Below, in pieces: positions 27,341 to 40,379 of a stretch of DNA of 40,571 nucleotides. The stretch lies in NCBI RefSeq assembly GCF_001194135.2, contig NC_068982.1:103434494-103475064 (forward strand). The letters are read 5' to 3'. Every line of letters begins with the position of its first letter. Position 1 is the first letter of the stretch. The notes beneath the pieces are model-generated. The model worked only from the letters and a program-made list of their open reading frames with translations, did not search any database and was not told where the DNA came from. A program made the translations under genes and the position numbers. The DNA is from Octopus bimaculoides (lineage: Eukaryota).

Positions 27341-30095
27341 CTATCAAAATATAAAAGAGTAAAAATCAAATTAACATAAATTCATTAGATTAATTATTTT
27401 ATTAGATTAATTATTTTAGATACAATATTTTAGTTACAGCATGACTCAGTATAATTCAGAACAAAGTTTACTTAAATATCCTCCTTAGATTTGACAAGAC
27501 ACAAGGATATAGATTTAGAAGGAAGCGGAAGTGTTGTGATGCTCAGATCTTGCTCAGAAATTAAATGAATGCTACTGGGAATCGAAATCTGTTTGTGAAC
27601 TCGAACCATTGGGAGATTACGTCACTCAACGCGAATCATCCAAATATTTTTTTACAAGGATAAAAGTTAAACTTTGTAGGAAAGAGTGCATGGCCGATTG
27701 CATTTAACAAAGCAAATATTTGGTATCCCTTTTTATCAATCTTGGAAGTACGTAAAGGCTAATTCGACACCAGTTTCATTTGAGCGAACAATCGTATTCG
27801 AATTCCATTTCTTTTTGAGTTCTAATTTCACTGAAACAATTTTATTTCGTATTCATTTCCTCGAGGACAATATAAGTACAAATTAACCTACAAGTAAAAC
27901 CGTCTTTTCTTTATAAAGACGGGGGAAATTTATGAAGCGAAGATCTTCACTGTAAAATGTGGCCGTGATTTTTGGGTTCGAATTTAAGTAGGATTGGTTG
28001 TTGTAGCTTAGTCGTAAGCCAGCTCCAAGAGAAATTCTAATGTAGTATAAATGGTCAAATATGTTCCAGATGGTACAATCGTATCTTTTCTCCAAGCATA
28101 GTCATCTAAGACTACATCATCAAATGTGTCTTTCTCATTTTAAGACGAAAGAGAGTAGTTTGATGATGTAATTGCTATTTCAAGCACGTCAAACGACTGC
28201 ATAGAGGCCTTAGAGTTAGAAACTCATTGATTATTGCTATTTTTTAAAACCTCATGTGAAAATTAATCGAGCAGAGCTCGGACCAAATCTATGATCGCGC
28301 CATTTTAAAGACTATCTAGGACTAAATCCTTGGCCATGTCCTTCTTTTTTCAAAGGCGATAAGGTATGATTTAATGGATAGTTGATTGCTATTTCATACA
28401 GATCGAGCGACTATGCAGCTGCTCACTCATAGTTCGTAATGGGTTTGACAATAATTACTTGTAACGAACTCTTATTATCATAGGATGAAGAGTCAGGTTA
28501 TATTGAATTATCACCGAGAGTAAGTAAATTAAAATGTTTATTGATGTAGACGATAAAGAGACATCAACTGAAGACAACTTACACTAATGACACACTGCTT
28601 GGGGATGATTGATGCAATTCCATATTGAAATAATTAGTTGGTTTGACTAGGAACAAAACAGCCAATTGAACGGTTCAATAAATAGATTATATATATAGAT
28701 ATTGTGTTCATTAAACGATCTTCATGTGTATCTTCATGTGTATGTTATAAATTTTAGCATACGGTTAATCATTCAAAGATGCCATCTGCATGAAAACCAA
28801 CAGTTAAGTAAGAGCAGAATATATTTTAATGTCGAGAAAAAAACATCTAATTTAATTAGAAATACTACTACAGCGAAGAGCGAAAATTTGCTCAGTGATA
28901 CATTATTTTGAACATTTTTTGCAAGTAAGGAAGACACTTTCCAGCATGCTTCAGTTTTCTTAAACCTCTTCAGCGAAGAATAAACTTCATCGTATTTTCA
29001 TCTCAAGCACTGCTAATGACTGCTGCTCTGACTGCCATGAGCTTTCTGCAACACATCTATGGTGTAGGAAACATGCAGTAGCTCTTGATCGTACAGTTGA
29101 CAACTATAGATGAAAACGGACCAGTGATAATATGTAGCTGCACAAGATTCAACATTGTCGTCGACCTTTGGTAACATTTAATCTTAGAGCTTATGACTGA
29201 GAGAGCCTTCAGGCAGTTGATCAACCTCCAAGAAATAGTTACCAAATCCCGTCAAATTATAACCTATTCAGCGAATGAATACATCAAATAACGAAGTCTT
29301 ATGCTCTCCGAAAAAGGCAAGATGGTCACAAGTGAAAGGTCTATGATGATAGGTCTTCCCGATTCAGGTTGATCTAGGGTTAAACAACCACAGCAACATG
29401 TAATAAAACTCAGTTGTATGTAATATTGATTTCTTTCTCATTAACCACCAGATGCAACATGTGCTTAGAAGAGGTTGTGCTGAAGTCGATCCAATCTGCT
29501 TCATTAGACTTGTACATATCTTATTGACCCCGAATACATGAATGTAGCGAAATTTGAACTCATGATACAAAAGAATGAAACTAAAGACAGTAGGACGTTT
29601 ATAACTGAGCTGTAAGTTTCTGGCAACAAGGCGCCAGGTACTGCACAAAGAACTCAGCTAACGCTAACCCCTTGTAATATATATATAATGGAACAAAATC
29701 GCAATAGAGGACAATAAAATATTCGAACAGATAGACGATACAAAAGCGGACCGGAAAAAACAACAGTTAGAGAGATAGGAAAAAAAAAAGGACGGGTGGT
29801 TCGTGGCCTTTCTTCAGTCAAGTTACCAGATGTCCTTACAGTTTCGAGCAGTTACACTTGAGACTGTTCGATCTGGTTGCNNNNNNNNNNCCAGTCTAAG
29901 CTAGGAGTATTAGATTTTTTTGTTATTAGAATTTTTGTAAGAAAGCTAGCGAATGTGTACGGCAAAAAAACCCCCCCCAAAAAAACCGGAGAAAATGGTA
30001 CACAATTACAAATACAAACAACAAGAATATAAAAACAGGTGTCTTTATATATATACATATATTAACAAAGACTGAATAACAACAACAATAATAAT

Positions 30096-30151
<56 letters not shown>

Positions 30152-30203
30152 CAACATCGAAAAATACTTTTGGAATGAGAACCCAGGTTCGAAATTTCCC
30201 CAA

Positions 30204-30249
30204 GACACCTGATGAAGGCTGGAGGGTATATCAGCCGAAACGTTGTGTT
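30204..30249 (+). ncRNA. Minimal type I hammerhead ribozyme motif (Penelope pLTR/retrozyme type)
   Basis: Stem I GACAC/GTGTT, core CTGATGA (30209-30215), extra A, stem II GGCTG/CAGCC, GAAA (30237-30240), palindromic stem III ACGT, GUU triplet. Confidence 0.7.
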
Positions 30250-31746
30250 AACAACAAACAAGATGAGGAGAAATATCGGTCAATTGTAAATAATGTACAA
30301 AAACTTTCTTGCACTTAAGGACGTAGCTTAAATTTTGCGTTATTTTGAAGGATTTTTTGCGTTTTGCATTAATGCAGACATGTAATATATTTATTATTAA
30401 ATTTAATAATATAAATCATTTACATGTTTTTAAGTTACGAAACAATTTGTCGTGAAATCAGAATTTTCTAATTGTTAAATAAAATTGTTAAACTATTTCT
30501 CTGTCATTTGTGACTTTATACACACACGCACACACATACACACACACACATTCATTTTAAATAAGTATTTACCGGGAAGTGTTCTGTGAAGCATGAAGTA
30601 GATCCCAGTGAGCTGAGATTCTAAAACTAATCTATATAAGAATTGATCACCCGTTGTAATATTTAGTCTGTTCCTGTGGGCATGTGGTCAAAATGTTTAC
30701 TTCACAACTACGCGGTTTCGGGTTCGATTCTACCGTGCGGCACCTTGGTCAGATGTCTTCTACTATAGCCTCGAGCAACCAACACCTTGTGGTAAGTGCA
30801 ATTTGGAATATGGAAACTGTGTAGAAGCCCAAGGCCTGTCAGAAGCACCATTCTTGTTCTAGGCAGACAAACTTAATTCATCACTCTGTTAAACATTATC
30901 ACCTAGCACTTGGGTCCTTTAGTGGGGTCCACTAAGTGGTAAGCATTCAGACTCATCCTCCGGCCTGAGAAAGCATTTCTCCCTTCTTTTTACATGTTAT
31001 GGAGGCCCTCTAAAGTGTTATAGGCACTACTCTTCTTCAGTTTATTAAGCCATAAAAGATAGTGGCTGAAGAAATGGTAAACGACTCCAAACGAGAATCG
31101 AAATAGGACTATGGGTTTGACGCAACTTTCTATAATACATACTTCTATCTTTTACTTGTTTAAGTCATTAGACTTCAGCCATGCTGGGGCACCGCCTTGA
31201 AGAATATTTTTAGTCGAATGCATCGGTTGTCAAGCGGTGGTAGAGGAACAAACACAAACACAAACACACGTCGTCTTCTAAATCAAAATTCACCCTATAT
31301 CTTGCACATTGAAAAGTTTTCACTAGAAGTAAAACATATTAAAACTTATATACGATAACGTAGTCATTTAACCAGCTGTTCTGACATATGTAAGTCAGCA
31401 GCGACCGTTCTATATCAGTATTTCTAAGTAGTTTATCCTTCCCACTCACACGTTGTATCTCTCAGTCTTTCAACCCATCTTAAACTATACCTGTCTCACT
31501 GTCTTACACATTTCTCACACCCGCCTCTCACACGCTTTTACTTCTCAACAACTCTCTTCCGCCATATTGCTCACATAGTCCACCTTGCCACTTTCTTCCG
31601 GTTCTCCACCCACGTACTTAGTGAGAAAGAGTTTGACGCAAGGCATACGTAGGCCGATCAAGTTTAGAAAGGAAACATGAATGAGTGTTTTGCATCGAGC
31701 CAAACTATAGCACAAACACACAAATGTACACACACACACACACACA

Positions 31747-31910
31747 CATCACAGATAAGTACATATACAAAAACATACGTATATACGCAGAAGCGCTTCC
31801 ATACATACATTCATTACACACACGCACACACACACACACACACATCACAGATAAGTACACATACAAGAACACACATATACGCAGAAGCGCTTCCATACAT
31901 ACATTCATTA
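31747..31910. repeat. Two-copy tandem duplication (period 94-96 bp) bounded by (CA)n
   Basis: CATCACAGATAAGTAC...TATACGCAGAAGCGCTTCCATACATACATTCATTA occurs twice. Confidence 0.9.
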
Positions 31911-32198
31911 TACACACACACACACACACACACATCCGGACAGGCTAACAAACTGACATGTGTACATACATACATAGATGCACACATATATACATACGTA
32001 AAGGCTAACACAATCATACAGAGGCATATGCTGCTTATAAAATGAAATATTTAATGTTTATTAATTTGTAAAAACATTGGTGAAGGAATGCTAAAATACC
32101 AGGAAGGCGAAGAAAAACAAACTAAGATTTCTCACAACTATTCATGAATGAAATGCGTAACGTCGTATATTTTATATACATTTGTATACTATAGTTAT

Positions 32199-32285
<87 letters not shown>

Positions 32286-32334
32286 GNNNNNNNNNNCATC
32301 TTCGTTGAGCCCTGTGTGGCTAATAAAAGAAATG

Positions 32335-32380
<46 letters not shown>

Positions 32381-32489
32381 CACACAGACACTGATATACA
32401 TATTTGTGCATTTGTATGTATACATAATGTGCGTATATATATAAATATGTCTACACATGTATTTCTACGCGTGTGTGTATGTGTGTGTT

Positions 32490-32685
32490 TAATTAGATAA
32501 AGATGGTTATGGCCGGTCTATGGGGTTACCCTGGGTTTCACGTACATAAAATGCTTAGCTTTACGGCGGTTCTTCAGACCCTAATGGCCATTAGGGTCTA
32601 AAGAAATACCCTAAAGCTAAGCGCTTTATAGTTGTGAAACTCAGAGTAACCCCGTAGACCGAACATAATTATCGCTATCTAATTA
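32490..32685. repeat. 196-bp spacerless imperfect palindrome (foldback/MITE-like)
   Basis: Arms of 98 bp align without gaps at 78/98. Perfect 24-bp centre AGACCCTAATGG|CCATTAGGGTCT. Confidence 0.85.
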
Positions 32686-32744
32686 CTCTACTACTCTATG
32701 ACTTAGAGTGTGCTTCTCTTTCGAATTTATGATTTACTGATGAT

Positions 32745-33175
32745 ATATATACTCTTTTACTTGTTTCAGTCATTTGACTGCGGCCATGCTGGAACACTGC
32801 CTTTCAGTCGAAGAAATCGACCCCAGGATTTATTCTTTTGTAAGCCATGTACTTATTATATCGGTCTCTTTTGCAGAACCGCTATGTTACGGGAACGTAA
32901 ACATATCAACATCGGTTGTCAAGCGATGGTGGTAGTGGGGGCGGGTGGTGGTGGTGGCAAACACAGACACAAAGACATACACACACACACACGCTCGCAC
33001 ACATATATATATAAGGGGCTTCTTTCAGTTTCCATCGACCAAATCCACTAACAAGGCTTCGGTCGGCCCGAAGCTATAGTAGAAGGCACCTGCCCAAGGT
33101 TCCAAGCAGTAGGACTGAACCTGGAACCATATGGTTGGGAAGCAAGCTTCTTACCACACATCCACGCCTGCGCCT
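32745..33175 (-). mobile_element. Composite SINE, third family
   Basis: Two blocks recur. CTTGTTTCAGTCATTTGACTGCGGCCATGCTGG also occurs near 15575, 16730, 23320 and 31150. GAACCTGGAACCAT...AAGCTTCTTACCACACA also occurs at 9512-9674 and, inverted, at 30672-30830. Confidence 0.75.
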
Positions 33176-35057
33176 TCTTACCACAAAACCACATATATAT
33201 GTATAGTTCCATCTACCAAATTTCTCTCATAAAATTGACTCGTCAGTTTGATGGAATACATTTACTCAAGGTGCTGCACAGTAGGATTGAACACAAAAAT
33301 ATGCGACTGCAAAGCAAACTAAACTGCACGACCCTTGTCACTCACTGATACAAAGATTAACTGATATATTTATGATGTATGCGTTAGTTCCTTAAAAGTG
33401 CTTCCAGTAATTATGGAAATGAAATAGATATTTTCTTATAACTGGATTTATTATAGAATAATAGTTATAGCTATATATCAGCCAGCCCGAAATATTTCGA
33501 AAAGCATTGTGCAAGGAAACGTTTTATCGTTTGATCATCTGGTTTCTAATGGTAACTTCAAACTACACGTACATACATGAAATTATCTAACTCCCCATTA
33601 GATAACATCAGTGCAATCTATAGAAATTATTTACTGTGATACAGAGAATGATGTTTTAATTGAATGTCGTTTTATAGTAGAAGTCTTTATGATTGCCATC
33701 TAGCGAGACAGGTTAATTACTATGAAAATGGCCAGTGTTTGCCAACTGATTAAAGCTGAATATTTTCATACGCATGAAGGAACTTTATTCAAGGCCTTCA
33801 TTGCGAAATGAAAGGGACCACATAGTGTTATATATATCACGGGAGATTATAAGTATAATTAGCAATCTATGAAGGCCACAGACCGAGTAAAATGTTATAT
33901 ATGAATAGATATTATCTCCCTTCCTCTGTCTGTCTGTTCGTCAGTCCGTCTATTCACGCCTACTCTCTCTCTCTCTGTCTTCTTATTTTTTGGGTGACAA
34001 GGGTCGAATTCCCTCGTGCAACCTTTTTATTTCTTTGTCTCTATCACCCTGTATATCTCTCATCTCTCCGTTATATACAAACGCCCTAAAGATCGACTCT
34101 CGGTAAACCAAGCCCATGAACAAATTCGAATTTATATTGAAACCATTTCACTTTATTATCCAGCTAATATACTAATGAAAAACGAAAAAACGCAGACAAA
34201 AAAAAAAAAGGACGATAAAAAAAAATTCGCACGAATATTTCTCCACGGCCCCACAGTATTGTGACACTAAAACTAAGTAAATCATTATGATTGCCCATAT
34301 AATTAGTGTCTGAAAGAATATTATTGATCATTCGAAGGAAAAATCTTTAGTAATTAAAACAAATCCCTATAATTATAATTATTAATCTCATTGATGTAGA
34401 AGCGAAATGACTGTGGATAAACTCCTAAAACCTCCAACCACGTGGGTCTTGACTTCAAAAGACCCAATTGCTTGGAGCAATATCATAATTCCACTTGTTT
34501 CATTATATACCTAATTGGAAAATTTCGTTTTTTAATCAGGAGAGAAGTTTGTGCCCATAACTCTTTACAGGACTTACGAGACCGGCGGGCTGAGGGAGGT
34601 ATTCTAAAACCGAAGAACTGGTCCGAATCAAGAAGTGCAAAATGCCTGTCATAGGCTCTCTCCCTTGGTTTAATGAAATACAAACAGGAGTTAATCACTA
34701 ACTCTATTGATTCATATAGTTTGTGGAGTGTTTAAAACTTGGACGATTAAACCATGTGGTTTGTGCAAGGATAATCACATTGATAAGTTCAGTGAAACAA
34801 AGAGTAGATTGATTTCACATGCTGAATTTTGGTCAGGAAATAGACATTTACCCGCCATTCCTGTATCCTTATCAGAAGTGTATGTTGTCTTCCTTGACAC
34901 ATGGTCTACAGCTGACTTATGTAAACACTAAGTGAACTTGTGATAGTACATTGTACACACATATAAGTAAACACAGACGCATACATATGTACAAACACAC
35001 ATGCACACACAGCAAACACACGGCGTTCACGTATACACCTTCACATCTCTCTCTATG

Positions 35058-35105
<48 letters not shown>

Positions 35106-36068
35106 GAAATTTATAAACAGGAAAAGGTTATTGCCGGAAGGATAAGGACAGTATATTTATAAACATTAATTGTAGGTGACCTGTCCATTGTATGGTACCT
35201 AAGTTCATGTAGAATGCGTTAACGCAAGACATTCAGATCTACTTGCATATAAAAAAAAAGACAAAAATAAATAATTAGGAAATTATTTTGATATCACTGT
35301 GAAACAGATAAGTTTTCAGTATATTTTATAGCAAAACTAGTACAAATACATTAACTATTTTACAATGTGATAGAGGCCTGCACATAGCGTGTCAACTTAC
35401 CAATCGAAGGATAATTGGTTCGTGTACTGGCATTGCGTATCATCTGTGGCCATGGCACTTACCTCTCAAATAGCCCAATCTATCTAGATGTCAATAGGTC
35501 GCACGATAGCTATATACACATCATGACTGTAATCAGTAACGGTGCTATTTAATTGATACACCATTATTAACTTGAAGTGAGATAAATTTCCATGTCGGTG
35601 CAGTTTGGAAAGAGGCAATTTTCACCAGACTAACTGTTGCAAGTTAGATAAAGTTTTTAAGTATTCAGTCTACAAGTCAATGTATTAAAGGAATCAATAT
35701 ATATCGTAGCTGTTCTTTAGGCTTCGTATTAAAACGTGTTAAAACTCTTATAATATACCTGAGAGAAACAATTATATATGTTTTCGTAATCTAAATGTCA
35801 CTTTCTTGCATTTGTGAGAATTAAGACAACGTATATATCTTTTTGTTAAAACCCAATTCTTACTGTATGAAGGATATAACTGTACACTTACGTCAGAAGT
35901 ATATCACGAAGCATTATATGTAAATCTTTATACAACTGTCGAAAATCAAATTAGAGATCGTAGTGAGAGACATATAACTAATGATTATGTTTAATATACA
36001 CTTATCCAATATACAATAGTATCGATGTCCTTGTTTTTCTGTTATCAAACGCTGGTAAACATTACAGC

Positions 36069-36099
<31 letters not shown>

Positions 36100-36674
36100 C
36101 TGATTCCAAATACTGCACATATACACACATACATGCATAAATACATTGTTGATGTTGTTAAAATTCCAATGAAGGTGCCTTGGATCTAGGTTAGAAACCG
36201 GCTCTTTCTCTATTGGCAAGAAATAAAACTGAAAATGACACACGCGCGCGCACACATACATATACCGAAAAACCACGTGCGTAACAACAAAAGAAGAAGA
36301 CATCATTATCATTAGAAAGAGTACTAAATTTATTAAATAACATAAGCATGGGACACTTACTTTCAGAACTCCAACTTTCTTGATAGCGATTTATTTGATT
36401 CTCGTTATCATTCGTCAGCTATTGCAAACGAGTATGATACAGAATTCAGGTGTTTTCTTCTGTATTATTCACGCTTGCAATAGCTGACGGTAGCGGTAAA
36501 ATCGAATGCATTGGTACATTTTTCTAATTCAAATTTCATATCTATTTCTTTGGTAAATCCATGTACTGCTTGTAGTAGTGTTTCCAGCTGTTTATCTTTG
36601 TAAGCGTATAGTTTTAGGTCATCTATATATAAAAGGTAGCTGATTGTTTTGCCGTAACATTTGTATCCGCATTA

Positions 36675-36730
<56 letters not shown>

Positions 36731-37149
36731 TTTATTATCAGTTCGTCCGTCGTTGTCGACGATGACCAAGGACATCACATGGAAGTAGAAGACGGCACGG
36801 TGCATCCAGTTGTGGTCAATCAGCCCGATCCGTGCTCGAAAGGCTCTGCTGAGTATATGTACATACATAGACACATATAGACACATATACGTATGTGTGT
36901 GTGCATGTGTGTATGCATATAGTGTTACATTTGCTTGTTTTGCACCTGTGTGCTCACGAGTATATGTATAATACATACATACATACATACATACACACAC
37001 ACATACATTTGGGTTAGAGAAGAGAAACTGTGCACAGTTGTAGAAATTAGCTTCTCAGCGGATGTTAACTTAAAGCTGAACATCAGTGAAAAAGAGAAAA
37101 CCTATGCTGAACTATTGAAAAATCTGCAGTTACAAGTTCAGATTCAAAC

Positions 37150-37545
37150 CTGTAATTATTGGGGCCCTGGGATATGTAACAGACTGCCTAAATACCAATC
37201 TCGAAAAATTAGGCTTCTCAAAACCAGAGAGGAGAAAGCTGTCTCGAAGACTACAGATCCAGTCCATCACTGGAATTGTAAAAATCTGTAAAACTTTCCA
37301 GAAGTTTATCATTTAAATACATATGAGCATGTCTAGATATGTAACTATATGCATGAGAATACACACATAAAACATACAAATCTGCACATACATACATACA
37401 TACATACATACATACAAACAAACAAAAATACCTTGTTTTTGATGCTGAAATTCCAATGAAGGAACCATGGATCTAGGTTAGAAACCAGTTCTTTCTCTAT
37501 TGGAAAGGAATATTGAAAAAGACTGAATAATGACTTACATACACA
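37150..37545 (+). mobile_element. LINE 3' end remnant; second copy of its 3' UTR at about 36155-36245
   Basis: WGPGICNRLPK...KT...SKTTDP resembles LINE ORF2 C-termini. Block AAATTCCAATGAAGG..TGGATCTAGGTTAGAAACC..CTCTTTCTCTATTGG occurs twice. Confidence 0.55.
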
Positions 37546-38418
37546 CATGCACATATAGAATCGATAGTGCTATCATTGATGTGAAATATTATTTGAGTTG
37601 AAAAATATTTACTCAAATCCGAGTCTGTTTGAACATTTGTCCGTATGTGTTCCTGTGCATGCGTGTGCGTGTGTATTTGTATGCACGCGCGCAGGAAGTT
37701 TGAGAGATTTCGTCTTTATAGGCAACGAAGATTAAACACAACTCTTTCAATAATCACCTCACTAACCACCTCTTCTTACATTTCCAATTCCTTTTTCACA
37801 TCACATCTCACACTTTATCAGATGGCAAAGTAGGTCAACTGGACACATACTCAGAAAGGAAGATGTGTATTTGCTGTTTATTCTTGGTGTAAGCAAAATT
37901 GAGATGGCTATAACTACTAGTAAACGAAACCATATCGTTGATTCAAATTAACAACTCTCATCTAATGCTCCAGTTGTTTTTCGTATGATTTCTTACGAAA
38001 GTGCGTGTCTACAGATCCGTGGTAAAAGAGGAAATGAAATTTTCTGACTTTCATGGCTTTATCGAAAGCATTAGGAACATTATATAAACTGGACAAAAAA
38101 TGGTATTTTATACTGGATTTGCTTTAAGAGTTCGGCAACAAGTGTCAGCGGGTGTTAAACGAACTTCTTCATAACTACACGACATATACAAGATGAAGCT
38201 GCATACCGTCAATTAAATTTCATCAGGAGAATAAACAGAAGCTGTTTTTTTTCTAAAGTGTATCGTATTTTTTCTTTAAAGAAAGAGTTTATTATGAAGA
38301 GAGATTTCTTGCGTAACTGCGATTCTTGTGTAACTGTACACACACACACACACACACACACGTGCATTGCCGCCCACGCTTCCACACTTACCCTTACCTC
38401 TCCAACACCACCCTCCTC

Positions 38419-38769
38419 ACAGGTACCCATCATCGACCCTATCATATCACTGACTTCTTCACCTGTGCTTCTAGCAACGTCATCTACTGCATCTCCTACT
38501 CTTTCTGTCCTTCTCTATACATCGGTCAAACGAGACGCCGCTTGGCTGATTGGTTCGCCAAATACCTCCGAGACATCAGACTTGGCAACGACACCCCGGT
38601 CTCGCGCCATTTCCGCTCTACCGGTCACTCTTTACAACACCTGTCTGTGTTCGGATTGTCCTTGCACAGGGGCCATTCGGACTCCCGTCTTCGCTGTGTG
38701 TAGGGTTTAATCTTATCTCTTCGCTCCTTTGCACCACATGGGCTTAACTCTCCTCCCCTCTTCATCTAA
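38419..38769 (+). mobile_element. Penelope-like element remnant: GIY-YIG endonuclease C-terminus
   Basis: Translation FTCASSNVIYCISYSFCPSLYIGQTRRRLADWF...PVSRHFRSTGHS...*GLILSLRSFAPHGLN, with one in-frame stop at 38701. Followed by a pyrimidine-rich and CACCA-rich tract up to the gap. Confidence 0.85.
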
Positions 38770-39798
38770 CCCTCCTCTCTCCTCTCTTCTTCTCACACCT
38801 ACTTCCTCTCACCCATCTCTCCTGTCTTGCTCTGGCACCTACTTCCTATCTTCACTCCTACCCACCTTCTCCCTTCCAGCCTCTCCCTTCATCGTCACCC
38901 CTCCCTCATTACCCCATCCCTACACATTCCAACCCCACTATCTCTATACATCCCATTTCACCCCACCCCATCTTTTAGACCCCACCTTTGTTCCCCCACT
39001 CTCACCTCATCCACACACCAACACCACCACACCACACTACGTCACAAACCACCACATCACACACCACCATACCACACCACATCACATCACACCACTCCGC
39101 ACACACTAGCACTGATCACTTGACAGCACCTACACCATNNNNNNNNNNNNNNNNNNNNNNNNNNNNNNNNNNNNNNNNNNNNNNNNNNNNNNNNNNNNNN
39201 NNNNNNNNNNNNNNNNNNNNNNNNNNNNNNNNNNNNNNNNNNNNNNNNNNNNNNNNNNNNNNNNNNNNNNNNNNNNNNNNNNNNNNNNNNNNNNNNNNNN
39301 NNNNNNNNNNNNNNNNNNNNNNNNNNNNNNNNNNNNNNNNNNNNNNNNNNNNNNNNNNNNNNNNNNNNNNNNNNNNNNNNNNNNNNNNNNNNNNNNNNNN
39401 NNNNNNNNNNNNNNNNNNNNNNNNNNNNNNNNNNNNNNNNNNNNNNNNNNNNNNNNNNNNNNNNNNNNNNNNNNNNNNNNNNNNNNNNNNNNNNNNNNNN
39501 NNNNNNNNNNNNNNNNNNNNNNNNNNNNNNNNNNNNNNNNNNNNNNNNNNNNNNNNNNNNNNNNNNNNNNNNNNNNNNNNNNNNNNNNNNNNNNNNATAT
39601 ATATATATATATAAAATTAAATAATAAGGGTGAAAAATTGAATATTAATTTGATTAATATCAATTTAAAACCAGTGGCCTAGCATATTGAAAAATCTGAA
39701 GATTCAGAAAAATTATAGATTAACACAAGGAATTTTTCTATCTCATCCGTTGCCTCACGTTTCTGAGTTCATATTATCTTACCGCATTGTTTTTTTCA

Positions 39799-40240
39799 AA
39801 GTGTTGATGAAATAAATATGTGTCAGTAAATGTACAGGATCGATTTACTATCCATTTGAAATAACAACATATGAATTCTTATCGGACCTTCTACATCATG
39901 GACGGGAAACCTCTTTTTCCATTCTTTACATCACATTTTTTAGACAACACAACAGCAACTTTAACATCCAACATGTATTTTATTTTCATATTTTCTTTTA
40001 ATACATTCTGCATTATATCTAATTTCTTGTACATCTTTCCCTTTCCAGAATAACTTCTACTAAAAAAAAAAAAAGAACTCTACTAATTCATTCTATTGAA
40101 ACTCTTTTAACACTCTGATGATGGGATATCATTTATTTCCCTGAAACAGCTGTAAGACCACCTTTCTATTCATAAATGTCCTAGGAGTATCACATTACCT
40201 TGGCCTTGTTATTTTATTTAACATATACACGCTCACACAC
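39799..40240 (+). mobile_element. Strongly decayed Penelope-like 3' end (GIY-YIG trace + pLTR)
   Basis: Frame KC**NKYVSVNVQDRFTIHLK*QHMNSYR...PFF resembles the GIY-YIG region. A hammerhead core lies downstream at 40115. Confidence 0.45.
40113..40156 (+). ncRNA. Degenerate minimal hammerhead ribozyme motif
   Basis: CTGATGA (40115-40121), stem II GGGA/TCCC with a T-T mismatch next to the core, GAAA (40143-40146), stem III A-CAGCTG-T, GUA triplet. Stem I has only 2 bp. Confidence 0.5.
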
Positions 40241-40379
40241 GACCTGCTATAGACTCCTCATTCATGCTATTATTGAATCGAGAGCTTAACAGCGGTCCTT
40301 CCGTAACACTTACATAGCCTTACCTGCTTTTTGGGTCTTCTGGATATCAAAACCTGTCATATTATTTATTTCTATATTG

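Larger units (their letters stand above)
1948..39138. repeat. Numerous simple repeats (CA/GT, CT, TA, TATC, TATG, AAT, CAA), e.g. 1948-2030, 7975-8260, 20050-20115, 23440-23578, 25591-25849, 30077-30156, 36672-36733
   Basis: Read directly. They account for most ORF-track entries. Confidence 0.95.
17890..39597. other. Assembly gaps: 17890-18021, 23579-24089, 26474-26769, 29881-29890, 32287-32296, 39139-39597
   Basis: Runs of N, mostly next to microsatellites. Confidence 0.99.

Noticed and set aside
27883-28095. Minus-strand ORF as a candidate upstream exon
   Set aside because: No module motifs or suitable splice sites. It overlaps a dispersed repeat also seen near 14810-14850.
28920-29650. 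ORFs 29057-29245 and 29364-29648 as exons
   Set aside because: No matching motifs. Another minus frame with many stops faintly recalls an RT C-terminus (EVDQL..GSLS, QCLR), so it may be a decayed LINE. Too weak to call.
34380-34931. Possible GIY-YIG/Penelope trace (KPCGLCKD...KSRLISH)
   Set aside because: The YIG motif is absent and the similarity could be chance.
35396-35660. Two GTAAGT donor-like sites on the minus strand
   Set aside because: The upstream frames contain stops and no module motif.
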